Shown here: positions 9,541-18,286 of the stretch, piece by piece | Layout: each line of letters begins with the position of its first letter | Numbering within the stretch: the stretch's first letter is position 1 | Source: a virus | Direction: 5' to 3' (one strand) | Length of the DNA stretch: 64,000 nt | Virus record (IMG/VR): IMGVR_UViG_3300018080_000129 | Span: 1-64,000 of that record | The notes under the pieces: generated by a model | Databases searched by the model: none | Seen by the model: the letters and a program-made list of their open reading frames with translations, nothing else | Told to the model about the DNA's origin: nothing | Made by a program: the position numbers and the translations under genes

Positions 9541-9543
9541 CTT

Positions 9544-9565
9544 CTTCCATTTGAGCTACGCGCCC
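9544..9565 (-). pseudogene. 5' part of the interrupted tRNA-Val
   Basis: GGGCGCG-TA-GCTC-AAATGGAAG; GGGCGCG pairs 7/7 (one G-U) with CGTGCCC of the 3' half. Confidence 0.8.
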
Positions 9566-9933
9566 GAATCATCTCTCCGTGGTCTGAAATAAACCATGCC
9601 TTCAACATCATCGGCTGGCTTGAAAAACCATGTGCCACCGTGGTCAATCACTGCCTGCCACAGAAGCAGACCAAAAAAGAAACCTGCCTCTTGTTCGCTC
9701 TGACCACAAGCGTAGTAGATTTGGTCGAGAGGAGGAGGCCAAGGAGTATGGATGCTGCCCAAGTAACTCGATACCAGAATGTCATTTGTGGCGTTGTCCA
9801 GCGTCTCCTTAAAGAAAGCCATAATCGCCAGATAATCCCACGCGGATAACGTCCTCATCCGCGTCTCGTAACTTGCCTGCCGCTTCTTCGGAATCGACAG
9901 AATTCGTTGCCCACTGAGAGAGAGAAGCATCAT
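9556..9933 (-). CDS. hypothetical protein
   Basis: ATGA-coupled start; stop inside the tRNA 5' fragment. Confidence 0.65.
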   Translation of the reverse strand: MMLLSLSGQRILSIPKKRQASYETRMRTLSAWDYLAIMAFFKETLDNATNDILVSSYLGSIHTPWPPPLDQIYYACGQSEQEAGFFFGLLLWQAVIDHGGTWFFKPADDVEGMVYFRPRRDDSGA

Positions 9934-10169
9934 TCGTCTCCTCTTGTCCAATCGCCCATGACTGCCTTGAAATCCTGCCCAACAGCCTCCCAATCGGCCT
10001 TCAGAGCTTCATAATCGGCTTCTGAAGGCTTCATATCCTCATATCGAGTCAAATCCCTATAAGAGGTTCCTCCAATGTCCAGGACGCTTCCAAAACCGTT
10101 CCAGAATGAAGGGAGCTTCTTGAGCATCCTGAAGGTTGGGCTGTTCTCGATGTTCCAGAATCCGTTCAT
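9930..10169 (-). CDS. hypothetical protein (DYEALKADWEAVGQD motif)
   Basis: ORF after tRNA-Glu. Confidence 0.6.
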   Translation of the reverse strand: MNGFWNIENSPTFRMLKKLPSFWNGFGSVLDIGGTSYRDLTRYEDMKPSEADYEALKADWEAVGQDFKAVMGDWTRGDE

Positions 10170-10182
10170 TGTTTCATCCTTA

Positions 10183-10258
10183 TGGTAGCCCCAAGGAGAC
10201 TCGAACTCCTATCTCCAGATTGAGGGTCTGGTATCCTCGCCAGTTAGACGATGAGGCC
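10183..10258 (-). tRNA. tRNA-Glu(CTC) with C33
   Basis: CCAGA-CCCTCAA-TCTGG, CCA. Confidence 0.85.
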
Positions 10259-10260
10259 AC

Positions 10261-10336
10261 TGGTGGGTGCGGTGGGCTTCGCTCCCACGACCTCCCGGTT
10301 AAAAGCCGGATGCTCTACTTGCTGAGCTACGCACCC
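10261..10336 (-). tRNA. tRNA-Lys(TTT) with non-canonical D/T loops
   Basis: TCCGG-CTTTTAA-CCGGG; T-loop AGCGAAG; D-loop CAAGTA; CCA. Confidence 0.88.
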
Positions 10337-10484
10337 TATTCGTAATCAAAACCAACTTTTTTTCCACGCCTGCTCTGATTTTTGTGCCTGTCTCTCGTGT
10401 TGCCTTTCCAGCGGTCTGGCGTACACAAGGTACAGCGCACTTGGCGTCTGCATTTCTTCCGCTTGAAGTTCGCCATGCTTTCTC

Positions 10485-10724
10485 CTAAGCTCTCTTGCAA
10501 ATCTCCTGCAATTCGGCTTCATCCATCTTCCTGCCGATGTGCCACTTCTCACAGAACGGACAAGGATAAGGCTCAAGCACTTTTGGAGCCACTTTCTTGT
10601 TCATGGCTTCCGCTGACTTGATAGCAGTTTCTTCCGTGTTATAACGAACCTTCTTACCACACGTATGGATTTCACCACAAACCCGTCCAGCAGTCAAGTG
10701 TAATTGCCGCAAACGGTCGTCCAT
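10485..10724 (-). CDS. small zinc-binding protein
   Basis: CGKKVRY...YPCPFCEKWH. Confidence 0.6.
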   Translation of the reverse strand: MDDRLRQLHLTAGRVCGEIHTCGKKVRYNTEETAIKSAEAMNKKVAPKVLEPYPCPFCEKWHIGRKMDEAELQEICKRA

Positions 10725-10741
10725 GTTCTGCTCCCTAAAAG

Positions 10742-10815
10742 CGGAGACGACGGGACTCGAACCCGCAACCCCCGAATCGACAGTCCGGTACTCTAACCAG
10801 TTGAGCTACGTCTCC
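10742..10815 (-). tRNA. tRNA-Asp(GTC), no encoded CCA
   Basis: CCGGA-CTGTCGA-TTCGG. Confidence 0.9.
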
Positions 10816-10817
10816 AG

Positions 10818-11051
10818 TTATCCTTTCTTCCGCTTCATCGGCGCACGAGCAACATCTCCCTCTTTGTCGATGAAGTAAAGAAATCCTTTCTCTCTTGTCA
10901 CGCCAGCCGTCTTGATTTTCTCAGGAGGGTCAACGGGCTGTGTGTTGCCTTTCCTGACCATCTTTGCGCGAGAAACATCCCCTTCCTTGTCGAGGAAGTA
11001 AAGAAATCCCTTTTCCTTCACAATACCCAATTCAGCAACTTTCTCGGACAT
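10818..11051 (-). CDS. small basic protein with internal duplication (CC1-like nucleic-acid-binding protein?)
   Basis: EKGFLYF(L/I)DKEGDVxRAxM occurs twice. Confidence 0.6.
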   Translation of the reverse strand: MSEKVAELGIVKEKGFLYFLDKEGDVSRAKMVRKGNTQPVDPPEKIKTAGVTREKGFLYFIDKEGDVARAPMKRKKG

Positions 11052-11061
11052 GTTTGGTCTC

Positions 11062-11307
11062 CTAATCAAGTTTGACTAAATCTGCCTCGATTTTCAATGA
11101 ACGGTAAACTTCACCTGTGTACTCCGTGTCATTCCAGTCAGCCAGCACACCATATACTGTGAACTTCTTTTTCTGACCCGTATCCTCAAGATACTTCTCC
11201 GCAGCATCCCGACTGTACCAGACAGCACCACCAATGGCTTTTCGAGGCTTTTCCTGCTCCTCGAAATAGCGTTCATACAGGGCTGTCTTTCCTACCGTGT
11301 ATAACAT
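11062..11307 (-). CDS. hypothetical protein
   Basis: ORF directly after tRNA-His. Confidence 0.6.
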   Translation of the reverse strand: MLYTVGKTALYERYFEEQEKPRKAIGGAVWYSRDAAEKYLEDTGQKKKFTVYGVLADWNDTEYTGEVYRSLKIEADLVKLD

Positions 11308-11317
11308 GGTTCAAAAA

Positions 11318-11395
11318 TGGGCCGTCTGGCCGGATTCGAACCGGCACTTACCTGAGTCACAGTCAGGTGCCTTCACCACTTTGGCTACAGACGGC
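11318..11395 (-). tRNA. tRNA-His(GTG)
   Basis: G-1:C73, CCTGA-CTGTGAC-TCAGG, CCA. Confidence 0.92.
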
Positions 11396-11401
11396 ATAAA
11401 A

Positions 11402-11490
11402 CGGGAGGAGTGGGATTCGAACCCACGGGAGACCGAAAGGCCTCCAACGGCTTAGCAAGCCGTCGCATTCAACCGCTCTGCCATCCCCCC
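11402..11490 (-). tRNA. tRNA-Ser(GCT), no encoded CCA
   Basis: Long variable arm, loop TTGCTAA. Confidence 0.9.
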
Positions 11491-11517
11491 TCTTCTTTAC
11501 GGAAAATGCGGCGATTT

Positions 11518-12339
11518 TCAGTAATAAGAATCAAATTTTCTTTTGAAACCTCCCACTGAAATCTCATCCATGAAAAAAGGCCGCTTAAGTTCTTCTATTG
11601 GAAGGACATAGCAATCCATGTCCGCTATCAGTTCCCTTTCCTCGCCATTCTTGTCTTCATATTTATTCCCAAGCCGTTCACCCTTCTTCCTAAAAACTCC
11701 GTTCTGTTTCACATACTTCTTTGTCTGATAGCCAACACAATAGTATTTCAGTTCGCCTATGACTCTATCAGACAAGCGAAAGTTCAAATTTGCACAGAAC
11801 TCTTCGAACTCATCTTGAACATTCTTCGGACAGTGCAGTGAAAAAAAGCAGTAGTAATTCGGATAACCAAGCTCATCACTCCAATCATAGTTAGCAAACT
11901 CGACAGTAGCATCATAATGCAACAGAGGATGGTAGTTTCGTATTTTGGATTTCACATCTATCGTGGTTACATTTTGGCCGTGTGTCAAAAAATCATAAGG
12001 CCAAACTCCATCCCGAAAATGCGGAGAAAACACTCCCTCAAACAATTTCCCAAAGGCTGTTTCGCCGAGATGCCCATGATACGTGTGTGTCAGGGAATAG
12101 AAGCGACCTTGTTGCTCATTCTTTATTGAACGAGTCGCCTCACTCAGAGATTTTTCCCCTTTCAAAATCTTGAACATATACTTTCTGGTATGCTCCAGCA
12201 TCTCTCTGGACAAATATACTTCTATGTAACGTTCCTTCTCTCTGACATCATAGCCGTGAGTTTTCTCCCTCTGAAGACGCCTTCTCTCGTGAGAGAGTAG
12301 CTTTGTTCTGTACGGTGCTCCTGCCGAAATTCTACTCAT
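11518..12339 (-). CDS. PD-(D/E)XK-like nuclease
   Basis: GHLGE...YDF...IDVKSK; ATGA-coupled to the methyltransferase. Confidence 0.6.
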   Translation of the reverse strand: MSRISAGAPYRTKLLSHERRRLQREKTHGYDVREKERYIEVYLSREMLEHTRKYMFKILKGEKSLSEATRSIKNEQQGRFYSLTHTYHGHLGETAFGKLFEGVFSPHFRDGVWPYDFLTHGQNVTTIDVKSKIRNYHPLLHYDATVEFANYDWSDELGYPNYYCFFSLHCPKNVQDEFEEFCANLNFRLSDRVIGELKYYCVGYQTKKYVKQNGVFRKKGERLGNKYEDKNGEERELIADMDCYVLPIEELKRPFFMDEISVGGFKRKFDSYY

Positions 12340-13496
12340 GGTGTCATTCTTCCTTTCTTTCGCCAAATCATCAAAGGTTCTGCGAATACTCCTCCCTTGT
12401 CTGCCTTGCTCATCGGCCTCTTTGCCAATCTCAAACCCCAAGTTGAGATATACTTCATGCCTCGAATCGTAGAAGCGTATTCAAAGAGAGGGTCACACAA
12501 TCTGTTTATCGTGTGGTTGCAATAAACATCACTGAGATTGATGACTATGACGCCTCCCATTTTCAGAGAACAACATGCCTTGTGAAAAACAGGAAAAAGA
12601 AACTTTGAAAGCCAGTCTTCCACCTTTTTGTACCGCTGCCAAGATTGATTGTCTTCCTGCGTGTATCTTTCGATGATGAAGTAAGGCGGCGAAGTGAAAA
12701 CCACGTCAAACGCCCTTTTGGGAAAATCAACCTCTTCCGCAGGCGCATTGATAATCTCAATCTTCTTCCCGTGACCGAAGATTTTTTTCTGACGCTCATA
12801 ATCCGCAAAAAGGTTCTCATTCGGGTCGCAACCGAAATAGGACACTGTAGAAGATGTTGCCATGAAAGCCGTCAACCTATCGCCCCAACCCGTGCTGAAA
12901 TCCAGCACTTTCTTGGCATCAAAATGTTGATACACGGCCTTGGCCGCAGAAGGACGAAATTGCGCAGCAATGTACTTTCTCAGTCCGATAGCGGAACGAA
13001 AAACCTTCTTGTTTATGCTCTTGAATTTGAGAGTCCAAAGAGCATTAAGAAGAGACATCTGGAACTTCTTTATCGTCCATGAGCGATAAGGACTCGGACT
13101 GTTAATCGAATCACACCGCCAACGATTCTTCTGATGAAAGAAATCCGAACTCCTGTTCCCGACATTGTTGATGGCAATATATTTTGGGTGCATAGGAAAA
13201 CCGTAATCGTACCGCGTGAAATATTCACCTTTCTGAATCAACGGGATGCAATCCATGTTTCTCAACCTCTCAAAATCAAGAATGGCATCCTCAAGCAAAA
13301 TCTCCCTGTAAGGAAGAGGAACTCCATGCTCAAGAATCAAACGAGAAATCAACTCCTTAATAGTTTTTTTACTCAAAAACCTGTTAAGCTTTTTCCAGTG
13401 GTTCTCTTCAATTCGAATCTCTCCATTCTTCAGAAAATGCTTAGGAAACCAGAAAGAATCAAACTCCTCAAGGGCAATTACCGGAAGCCTCGTCAT
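12336..13496 (-). CDS. DNA amino-methyltransferase (SPPY type)
   Basis: FRPSAAK, VLDFSTGWGDRL, GCDPN, FTSPPYF..ERY. Confidence 0.82.
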   Translation of the reverse strand: MTRLPVIALEEFDSFWFPKHFLKNGEIRIEENHWKKLNRFLSKKTIKELISRLILEHGVPLPYREILLEDAILDFERLRNMDCIPLIQKGEYFTRYDYGFPMHPKYIAINNVGNRSSDFFHQKNRWRCDSINSPSPYRSWTIKKFQMSLLNALWTLKFKSINKKVFRSAIGLRKYIAAQFRPSAAKAVYQHFDAKKVLDFSTGWGDRLTAFMATSSTVSYFGCDPNENLFADYERQKKIFGHGKKIEIINAPAEEVDFPKRAFDVVFTSPPYFIIERYTQEDNQSWQRYKKVEDWLSKFLFPVFHKACCSLKMGGVIVINLSDVYCNHTINRLCDPLFEYASTIRGMKYISTWGLRLAKRPMSKADKGGVFAEPLMIWRKKGRMTP

Positions 13497-13498
13497 GG

Positions 13499-13963
13499 TT
13501 ACTTAATCTCGCTTTTGATTTGAGCCGCCAAATCCTCAAGACTGTAGTGAATCTTCAAAGAAGGAATCACCAACCTGCTTTGAATCTCGACCTCCTGCCT
13601 GCGTTTATAGTCTGCATCCATGCCCACGTAAACCTTCAAGGAAACATCCTGAAATTGCCTTCTTGCCAGATGCCTACCCAACTCGTAAAGCACTATCGGG
13701 CAAATCGTTTCCCTGCAAAACCAGAAGAGAATATGAGTCGCTTCGTTGAGCTTATGATACTCCCACGTAATCTGTTCTTTGGCGGCATTCGGGTCATGGA
13801 TGGGAAAGTTCTTGCGCCGAGGATTGAAAACCGTAACGGGCAAATCCTTCAGCATTCCGACCATCTCAGCCTGCCAATCCCTACACTCTGTTATACCACC
13901 AGCCAAGAAAATTTTCCTCGCAAATAAAGATTTTTTATCAGTTATCGCCTCTAAGTATTGCAT
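13499..13963 (-). CDS. nucleoside 2-deoxyribosyltransferase-like protein
   Basis: IFLAGGI...WQ...FNPRR...QITWE...ILFWF...YELG. Confidence 0.82.
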   Translation of the reverse strand: MQYLEAITDKKSLFARKIFLAGGITECRDWQAEMVGMLKDLPVTVFNPRRKNFPIHDPNAAKEQITWEYHKLNEATHILFWFCRETICPIVLYELGRHLARRQFQDVSLKVYVGMDADYKRRQEVEIQSRLVIPSLKIHYSLEDLAAQIKSEIK

Positions 13964-14580
13964 TTCCGAAGCTCCCTGATGTTGATGAAACCCAACACAC
14001 TTGCCATCTTGACACAAGAGAAACCGGCCTCTTCTATACACTCATCAAGAATGCCATGTATCTGGCCTCTCGTGTACTCGACAAGGTTGAATCGAAAAGG
14101 GAAAGACAATAGATACCCATACCACTTTGTCGGCCTGCCATAATCGGCCAATATGAGCCGCCCATCCTCCTTCAAGATTCTATGTGCTTCAAGTAAAGCA
14201 GCCAGCTTCAAATGATTCGGAAGATGATGAAAAACATAGCTGGAGAACATCAGGTCATAACTTTCATCGAAAAGAGCCATATCCTCGACCAGACCCTGTA
14301 TGAAAATGATTCCGTCAAAACCATTTCTGTTTCTGGCTTTTTGCACCATGTATTCCGTGGCATCCAAACCATGCACTATCGCGTCTGGACATCTCTCCTT
14401 CACCTTGACCGCTAATCTTCCAGTTCCACAGCCAGCGTCCAAAACCTTGTCCTGCGGCTGGATTCGCGCCATTTCAATCATAGTGTCGTAGATGTCTTCC
14501 AGTCTGCCCAAAGAAAGGACATACTCGTTGAAATCCACAAGGAAACCTCGCCGCTCCACGGTCAGACCTTCTGTTTTCAT
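13951..14580 (-). CDS. class I SAM-dependent methyltransferase
   Basis: VLDAGCGTG, SSYVFHHL, RILKEDGRLILAD. Confidence 0.88.
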   Translation of the reverse strand: MKTEGLTVERRGFLVDFNEYVLSLGRLEDIYDTMIEMARIQPQDKVLDAGCGTGRLAVKVKERCPDAIVHGLDATEYMVQKARNRNGFDGIIFIQGLVEDMALFDESYDLMFSSYVFHHLPNHLKLAALLEAHRILKEDGRLILADYGRPTKWYGYLLSFPFRFNLVEYTRGQIHGILDECIEEAGFSCVKMASVLGFINIRELRKCNT

Positions 14581-14596
14581 TTCATACTCTCAAGAA

Positions 14597-14833
14597 CTAA
14601 GGCTTGAAATCAGGATTCGCTATCAGAAAAACAGCCAATGCAATCGCCGCTTCACGATACCACCATGAACTCATGCCGAATTTCCTATCATCTGAACCAT
14701 TCCAAAGAACGAAACAATGGTCATCAATACCTATGACAGACTGGCCTCCCCATTCGTCAGCAAGAACCATCAAAGCTTTTCCATGCGCCCGCGAGTCCCA
14801 ATTCTTCGGCACCCAATCGACGACTTTATACAT
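14597..14833 (-). CDS. hypothetical protein
   Basis: Short ORF with RBS. Confidence 0.5.
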   Translation of the reverse strand: MYKVVDWVPKNWDSRAHGKALMVLADEWGGQSVIGIDDHCFVLWNGSDDRKFGMSSWWYREAAIALAVFLIANPDFKP

Positions 14834-14835
14834 GG

Positions 14836-14997
14836 CTAACCTTTCTTTACTGGTTTGAATTCTTCTATTCTCTCCTGAAGCCGTTCTATCGCTGCCTTGA
14901 TAACCCTTTTCGCAGTGTGAGCGTTGTAAAAAAGATGCGCCCAATTGATAAGCGAATCTGCCATCTGACGACCTGCTTCTTTGCCCTTACTCTTCAT
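14836..14997 (-). CDS. hypothetical protein
   Basis: Short ORF with GAGG RBS. Confidence 0.5.
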   Translation of the reverse strand: MKSKGKEAGRQMADSLINWAHLFYNAHTAKRVIKAAIERLQERIEEFKPVKKG

Positions 14998-15172
14998 CCC
15001 GTTTCCTCGACATCGAATCTGCAAGAACCCAAAAACTCAATTGTTTGAGTTTCTCCGCTTCCTCTGCCAACTTGTCGAACTCTTTCTCGCTCTCTCTACA
15101 CAAGTAGTCAAAATAATCAGAAGTAGATGAGAAGCTCTTTTGACTCAAAAGCATATCACTCTTCCTGAAAGT

Positions 15173-15249
15173 TGGTCGGGGTGACTGGATTCGAACCAGC
15201 GACCTTTTGACCCCCAGTCAAACGCGCTACCAGACTGCGCTACACCCCG
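15173..15249 (-). tRNA. tRNA-Pro(GGG)
   Basis: TTTGA-CTGGGGG-TCAAA, CCA. Confidence 0.92.
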
Positions 15250-15253
15250 ACAA

Positions 15254-15328
15254 TGGAGCGGCCTACGGGAGTTGAACCCGTGACTGGAGGATGGAAGCCT
15301 CCTATGTTTCCAGTTACACCAAGGCCGC
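15254..15328 (-). tRNA. tRNA-Gly(TCC)
   Basis: GGAGG-CTTCCAT-CCTCC, U73, CCA. Confidence 0.92.
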
Positions 15329-15330
15329 AT

Positions 15331-15876
15331 TCATCTTTCCGGCGTTACGTTCCTTGCGCTCGAATGCTTTTCCCACACTTCATAATCCAATTCTCTTGCC
15401 GTCTTACCTTGTTTGTCCGCTTCCTTCAGGAAAATCTCTTCAAGCTCTTTGTACCTCTTTGGATTCTGAGGAGTAGACTTCGGCGCATCATATCCAAGAC
15501 TGCGCAGATACTTCAAAATATGCGTGTCCAAAGCCGCATATCTGACTGATGGCCGAGTCCATAAAAGAAAAAACCTTGCCGTCTTTGGGCCAATTCCATG
15601 AACGGCTTCAAGCTCTTCAATTGTGCAGGTCTCTGCATCAAGTTCTATCAGTTTCGGTAAGCACTTCGAAAGCCTGCCATACGAGCCTGTTTTACACGTC
15701 TTGAGAGCATGTAAGAGCTTACCACGCCTGATGAGATTGCGAATGATTTCGAAGGGCATCTCGCCCGGATATTGAAGCAATTTCACTACGACATCATTAG
15801 CGAACTTGGCTGATTTACCTGCCACAATCGGCGCGTAAATCAGTCTCGCCTGTATTTCCCAAAGCGATTCAGCCAT
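15331..15876 (-). CDS. HhH-GPD/Ogg-like DNA glycosylase
   Basis: VHGIGPKTARFFL...AALDTHILKYL...LDYEVW. Confidence 0.8.
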   Translation of the reverse strand: MAESLWEIQARLIYAPIVAGKSAKFANDVVVKLLQYPGEMPFEIIRNLIRRGKLLHALKTCKTGSYGRLSKCLPKLIELDAETCTIEELEAVHGIGPKTARFFLLWTRPSVRYAALDTHILKYLRSLGYDAPKSTPQNPKRYKELEEIFLKEADKQGKTARELDYEVWEKHSSARNVTPER

Positions 15877-15886
15877 CTTTCAAAGT

Positions 15887-15963
15887 TGGTCGGGGTGGCC
15901 GGATTCGAACCGGCGACCTCAACATCCCAAATGTTGCGGGATACCAGACTTCCCTACACCCCG
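15887..15963 (-). tRNA. tRNA-Pro(TGG)
   Basis: CAACA-TTTGGGA-TGTTG, CCA. Confidence 0.92.
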
Positions 15964-16427
15964 ATTTCCTCCACTGCAACCACATGAAATTTCCCGTAGA
16001 TTCCGCGCTTCCAGCCAAACGGAGAGATGCCAAAATAAGAACCCGCCATCTCCAGAATGGCTTTGAACTCATTCACAGGAAGACTCTCCGGCACCAAAAC
16101 CCGAACAATAATCTTGTCTTGCGGCAGAAAAGATTCATGCACCTTGAACGCCTTGACGCCTTTGAAATAGTACCAGCGTTTATAGAGCTTGACATCTCCC
16201 ACCACTTCAGGTCGCCACATCACCTTCCTGACCTGCTCGGAATAGTCTTTGTTCTTCGGATTTCTTTTGAAAGCCTCTACCGCTTTGAAAAGAAGTGTGT
16301 CCCACCAGATTTGTCTGAAAACCACTTGTTTGTCAGAATTGTAGAGCATCTTGTTCGGCAGTGGGTCATCAAATCTCTCGTTTCCAAGACATGGTTCGTC
16401 GAACTCCAGCGTGATTCTCAACTCCAT
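15954..16427 (-). CDS. hypothetical protein
   Basis: 157-aa ORF; stop inside tRNA-Pro. Confidence 0.65.
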   Translation of the reverse strand: MELRITLEFDEPCLGNERFDDPLPNKMLYNSDKQVVFRQIWWDTLLFKAVEAFKRNPKNKDYSEQVRKVMWRPEVVGDVKLYKRWYYFKGVKAFKVHESFLPQDKIIVRVLVPESLPVNEFKAILEMAGSYFGISPFGWKRGIYGKFHVVAVEEIGV

Positions 16428-16450
16428 AGTGTCACCTTTTTCCTGTTAGG

Positions 16451-16528
16451 TGGTAGGCGAGGCGGGACTCGAACCCGCAAGCCTCTGATTTTAAGTCAGA
16501 GAGGTATACCAATTCCCATCACTCGCCC
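16451..16528 (-). tRNA. tRNA-Leu(TAA), short variable region
   Basis: TCTGA-CTTAAAA-TCAGA, CCA. Confidence 0.88.
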
Positions 16529-16674
16529 TCAAATCCCCTGTTTCCTCAACCACTCGTCAATCTCGGCAAGAAGCTCGTCATCCGTCCTCCCCGTTATGGG
16601 AATATGAACAATCTTATCCTGCTCCCTTTCCTCTTGTATTCTCTTCCTGAGTCTTTCCAGCTTTTCCTCGTCCA

Positions 16675-17631
16675 TTATTCTCCCAAGACATAAGCAAAAA
16701 TCAAAGGAGCCACAATGGAGGCATCCGAGTTAATCATGTACTTCGGCGTATCCACATCAAGCTTGTGCCACGTGATTTTCTCATTGGGAATCGCGCCGGA
16801 ATAAGAACCGTAAGAGGTCACGCTGTCGCCTATCTGAGCGAAATATGCCCAATACGGCGTATCTTTCTTCTTCACATCCTGAATAAGCATTGGAACCGCG
16901 CAGATTGGAAAATCGCCCGCTATTCCCCCACCTATCTGAAAGAAACCCACGGGAGTATTTTGTTGATACCATTCGGCAAACACCTGCATCTGCTCGGTTC
17001 CATATCGAACCGCCCCATGCCCCTTCAAAGTCTTATTCAAAACCTCCGCACAGTAACGATTGGCAAGAGTCGAATCTTCCCAACCCGGCGTGAGAATCAT
17101 CAGTTCCTTTTCCTTTGCTGCGTACACCCATGAATTCTGCGGGTCAATGTCAAACCGCTCCTGCATTTCCGGCTCATCCAGCAGCCTGTAGATGTATTCA
17201 TAAGGAAAATAGGACTCTTTTTTTTCAATCGCTTCCACCCACATCCTAAGTATCATTTCGCCAATATAGAACATAGCCGCTTCAGGAATGCAGGTATCTG
17301 TGACCCTATTGAAACCTCTATCTCTCAATCCTTTCTCATCTTCCAAAGAAAGGTCTCTGTACTTCGGGACAAACTCGTATTCGCTGTTACAGAGCAAGTT
17401 GAACACGTCCTCTTCAAGGTTGGCTCCCGTTGTGCAGATACAATGAACTTTGTCCTGTCGAATCATTTCGGCCAGAGAAATGCCAAGTTCTGCCGTGCTC
17501 ATGGCACCACCCATAGCCAAAAACATTTTGCCGCCGCCTTCCAGCAGGTCTTTCCATCCAATTGCCGCATCCAAAGTTTCACGGGCATTGAAATGCTTGA
17601 AGTGTTTCTCCATGAAATCTGAAACTTCCAT
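16675..17631 (-). CDS. deoxyhypusine synthase-like protein (bacterial DHS/homospermidine synthesis type)
   Basis: HFNA, GAMSTAELG, CTTGANLEED, FNRVTDTCIPE, IGGGIAGDFPIC, GSYSGAIPNEKITWHK; RBS GGAGG at the corrected start. Confidence 0.92.
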   Translation of the reverse strand: MEVSDFMEKHFKHFNARETLDAAIGWKDLLEGGGKMFLAMGGAMSTAELGISLAEMIRQDKVHCICTTGANLEEDVFNLLCNSEYEFVPKYRDLSLEDEKGLRDRGFNRVTDTCIPEAAMFYIGEMILRMWVEAIEKKESYFPYEYIYRLLDEPEMQERFDIDPQNSWVYAAKEKELMILTPGWEDSTLANRYCAEVLNKTLKGHGAVRYGTEQMQVFAEWYQQNTPVGFFQIGGGIAGDFPICAVPMLIQDVKKKDTPYWAYFAQIGDSVTSYGSYSGAIPNEKITWHKLDVDTPKYMINSDASIVAPLIFAYVLGE

Positions 17632-17649
17632 ATTGTCCTCCAAAGAGAT

Positions 17650-17739
17650 TGGTGCGCAAGAGAGGATTCGAACCTCCACGCTCTTGAAATGAGCATCAGG
17701 CCCTCAACCTGACGTGTCTACCGGTTCCACCACATCCGC
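17650..17739 (-). tRNA. tRNA-Leu(GAG), two acceptor-stem mismatches
   Basis: TCAGG-TTGAGGG-CCTGA; acceptor GCGGATG/CTTGCGC. Confidence 0.8.
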
Positions 17740-17740
17740 A

Positions 17741-18268
17741 TTACTGCTTGCAATTGAAACATTCCCAATCGCCATCTGGATTACCTGCCTCCCATGTATC
17801 CACCATCTTGCTTCCACAAAAAGCGCATACAGGAGGGCCAAAACGCTTTGCCATGTCCTGTCTAAACTTGTGCCGGTACTCCGGCTCTGTCAAACCTGAT
17901 TCCTTCACCCGCTTTTGATAATCCGCTTCCATTATCTGCAAACGCTGCTCACTATACATCATCTTGTACCACTGCTCAGCACCAATGGAGGGTTTCCAAT
18001 AATGAGCGTAGCCACAAGTACAAATCCCGTCCGTGATTTGACAATTCTCCATAGCAGCGTAAAAGGTGCAATCCCCGTCATGCCTCGTCCTGACACGCTT
18101 GCCAGTGATATAGGCCACATTCTTGTCTACTTTGGCAGAGAAAATGTCAGGATGTTCCAGCAGATACTCAGCATCCTCTTCGCTGACTTTGACCCACCGG
18201 CAGATGTCTTCGTTCACGGAAATGCTGTAGAAAAAATCCGTGCAGTCCCGCCAGTTTCCTTCTGACAT
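17741..18268 (-). CDS. Cys-rich hypothetical protein
   Basis: CTCG, CAFC, CFNC; RBS AGGAG. Confidence 0.6.
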   Translation of the reverse strand: MSEGNWRDCTDFFYSISVNEDICRWVKVSEEDAEYLLEHPDIFSAKVDKNVAYITGKRVRTRHDGDCTFYAAMENCQITDGICTCGYAHYWKPSIGAEQWYKMMYSEQRLQIMEADYQKRVKESGLTEPEYRHKFRQDMAKRFGPPVCAFCGSKMVDTWEAGNPDGDWECFNCKQ

Positions 18269-18286
18269 GACTTTCTCCTGAAAAGC

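Noticed and set aside
8717-9543. Group I intron in tRNA-Val
   Set aside because: The insert is filled by a promoter, an ORF and a whole tRNA; no ribozyme core seen, and exon bases are missing
17632-17679. N-terminal extensions in the ORF track that run through tRNAs (also 504, 1106, 8707, 19636, 20252, 21116, 22745)
   Set aside because: They overlap tRNA genes; downstream ATGs outside the tRNAs, several with a clear RBS, are better starts
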